From the IMG/VR virus record IMGVR_UViG_3300021400_000004: a stretch of DNA of 64,000 nucleotides; one strand, 5' to 3'. The DNA comes from an uncultured virus (IMG/VR IMGVR_UViG_3300021400_000004). Lineage: Duplodnaviria > Heunggongvirae > Uroviricota > Caudoviricetes. The translations under genes were made by a program, and so were the position numbers. Of this stretch, positions 62,404-64,000 are shown piece after piece. Every line of letters starts with the position of its first letter. Position 1 is the first letter of the stretch. The notes under the pieces are model-generated. The model saw nothing but the letters and a program-made list of their open reading frames with translations. It had not been told where the DNA came from and made no database searches.

Positions 62404-62474
62404 ATGACTAGACAGGAATCGAACCTGTTCCGTTACTCTTGCGAGTTCCATCCTACCATTAGAACGACTAGTCA
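62404..62474 (-). tRNA. tRNA-like element (Cys-like U73) with a GCAA tetraloop in place of the anticodon loop
   Basis: TGACTAG/CTAGTCA acceptor, normal D and T arms, ACTC-GCAA-GAGT hairpin. Confidence 0.55.
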
Positions 62475-62825
62475 TCAAAAGGGGAAGGAAGAGTCGCAGG
62501 CAGCTACCCGCCTCTTATTACTTGGTCTTACATCTTCAGCATTTCTGCCTTGTAGCCTAACTTCCATTTGAAGTATATTTCAACTCACTCTCTTATATTT
62601 ATAAATAAAACAGTTAGAATCCTTTTTAGATGGTTCAGATTTTTTACCCATCTCTTCGCGCACTGACCTATTCTTTATTCTACCCTTGTAGAGCCAATCC
62701 TTCGCTGGCAAGATTCTTTTCTTAACATTGTTTGCAACCAATTTGTTAAGTTCATTCGTTATCTCTGTTTCATTTTCTATATATATTATAATAAAAATTT
62801 TTTAAAATTTCAAATTATGTTTCTT

Positions 62826-63242
62826 TTAATAATATTTATAAGGATAATATTTTAAATTCCATAAATTATCATCAATTTCTATTTTAGTATAGTCTATCTT
62901 TTCATCCTTATATGGATTATTACCATTCTGCCAAGTATCAGTATCATTAGCGATAAAACGATTACCTATCTTCCATACAGTAAAGCCAGTAAAAGAAAGA
63001 TTTGGAACATAATCTATACCATAGTCTTTATAATATTTAGTCTTTTTATCATATCCTCGTATAGTCGCATATAACAAACCACCGCTACCATCTTCAAATC
63101 TTTCAAAATTACTGTTTATTATATGAAATACAAATCTACCATTCCATAAAAAATCATTCTCTATTGATTTATTCAATTCTCTTACAAGTTTATTTAACTT
63201 ATGCTGATACTTTTTTCTTAATTTATCTCTCATAATTATCAC
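62826..63242 (-). CDS. Hypothetical protein
   Basis: ORF downstream of its own sigma-A-type promoter. Confidence 0.6.
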   Translation of the reverse strand: MIIMRDKLRKKYQHKLNKLVRELNKSIENDFLWNGRFVFHIINSNFERFEDGSGGLLYATIRGYDKKTKYYKDYGIDYVPNLSFTGFTVWKIGNRFIANDTDTWQNGNNPYKDEKIDYTKIEIDDNLWNLKYYPYKYY

Positions 63243-63293
63243 ATCCTTTTTATTTTCTATAATAATTATAGCAAAAATTTTATGAATTTCAAA

Positions 63294-63650
63294 TTAAATC
63301 TCTTTAAGTAAATTTTTGAATATTTTATCAACTTCTAATTTTTTAAGTTCTTTTCGAGCAAAAACATTATAACCAGAATAAATAATATCTCCATTATTTA
63401 TATAATTAGTTTCAACAAGATCTTTGAGTATATCGCCTATATATGGCTTTAAACAATAAATTGTTTTCCATCCATACTTTTTAGAATTTTCATAATCCTG
63501 TTTGGCATACTCTACATATTCTCTACAAGAACTTGAATCATACCCAAGATAATAAGTATGCTCAAAAATTGAATTTTCATTATCATAAATTTTAACTTCT
63601 ACTCTATCTGAATTTAAACCCATAATATATCTTATATTCATTTTTGGCAT
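63294..63650 (-). CDS. Hypothetical protein
   Basis: Probable start MPKMNIRY at 63650 with GAGG RBS and its own promoter. Confidence 0.6.
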   Translation of the reverse strand: MPKMNIRYIMGLNSDRVEVKIYDNENSIFEHTYYLGYDSSSCREYVEYAKQDYENSKKYGWKTIYCLKPYIGDILKDLVETNYINNGDIIYSGYNVFARKELKKLEVDKIFKNLLKEI

Positions 63651-63715
63651 ATAATTATTACCTCTTTCTTTATTTTCTATAATAATTATAATAAAAATTT
63701 TTAAATTTTGCAAGT

Positions 63716-63764
63716 TGGAGGTAGAGGGAATCGAACCCACTCGAGCCATAAGGCATGTGATTTA
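63716..63764 (-). tRNA. 3' half of an interrupted long-variable-arm tRNA (Tyr-like)
   Basis: TA-AA-TCACA, variable arm GCC-TTAT-GGC, GGG-TTCGATT-CCC, TACCTCC-A; the 5' half is not in the window. Confidence 0.6.
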
Positions 63765-64000
63765 TGCCTTATCCGAGAATTGAACTCGGTATTTATAAGT
63801 TTGAAATCCTTGATTATTTTTATTTGGTTCTGTTCTTAAAGAAATTATTTGTTTAGTTGTAGTAATATCTTTAATAGGTATTAACCACATATTTAAATCT
63901 TTATTTACACAGAATAAATAATCAAGCTCAGAGTGATTTAAAAGATTATCATAGACTTTGCCATTGGTTCCACCAGTTGAACGAAAATCTATTCTATCAT
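63762..64000 (-). CDS. C-terminal part of a PD-(D/E)XK homing endonuclease (I-Ssp6803I-like), not in the ORF track
   Basis: Manual translation: DRIDFRSTGGTNGKVYDNLLNHSELDYLFCVNKDLNMWLIPIKDI...YKYRVQFSDKA*. Confidence 0.65.
   Translation of the reverse strand, partial: DRIDFRSTGGTNGKVYDNLLNHSELDYLFCVNKDLNMWLIPIKDITTTKQIISLRTEPNKNNQGFQTYKYRVQFSDKA

Noticed and set aside
59050..62480. HDV-like theta ribozymes at tRNA 3' ends
   Set aside because: I could not find the nested double-pseudoknot pattern directly after any tRNA. A motif search is needed to exclude it fully.
1..64000. Stop-codon recoding or a suppressor tRNA
   Set aside because: Long genes are intact in the standard code; TAG ends full-length genes (for example 7629-7631) and TGA ends gyrB. 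The CTA in the loop of the element near 59580 is not in a canonical 7-nt anticodon position.

Overview
This AT-rich window (roughly 27-30% GC by eye) comes from a large tailed phage, probably infecting gut or rumen Bacillota (Clostridia-like). Essentially all genes lie on the minus strand and use the standard genetic code. In window order it contains: (1) a replication and nucleotide-metabolism block with class III RNR, guanylate kinase, DnaE-type polymerase, RecD/Dda helicase, an adenine methyltransferase, RecJ, primase, DnaB, an AAA_24 ATPase, SSB-like and ThyX-like proteins, ClpP, LigA, GyrA/GyrB and RNase H; (2) a lysis cassette and PIN-PhoH; (3) an RNA-repair trio (phosphoesterase, kinase, Rnl2-type ligase); (4) a late fibre/adhesin block containing an uncharacterised five-gene cassette; (5) a dense tRNA and ncRNA island. 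Four genes (nrdD, AAA ATPase, gyrB, phoH) are split by group I introns carrying homing endonucleases, and I could place their splice junctions to the base. The best novelty candidates are: a bipartite promoter motif GG(A/T)C-N30-HAWAT (10 copies, fixed spacer) tied to RBS-sequestering hairpins of endonuclease genes; a PD-(D/E)XK endonuclease ending in a tRNA-like 3' end nested in the anticodon loop of another tRNA; a roughly 260-nt RNA with a circularly permuted tRNA elbow; a roughly 630-nt ROOL-like RNA; the five-gene cassette; and an apparent window-wide excess of GCGGG/CCCGC. All calls are by eye; no searches were run.
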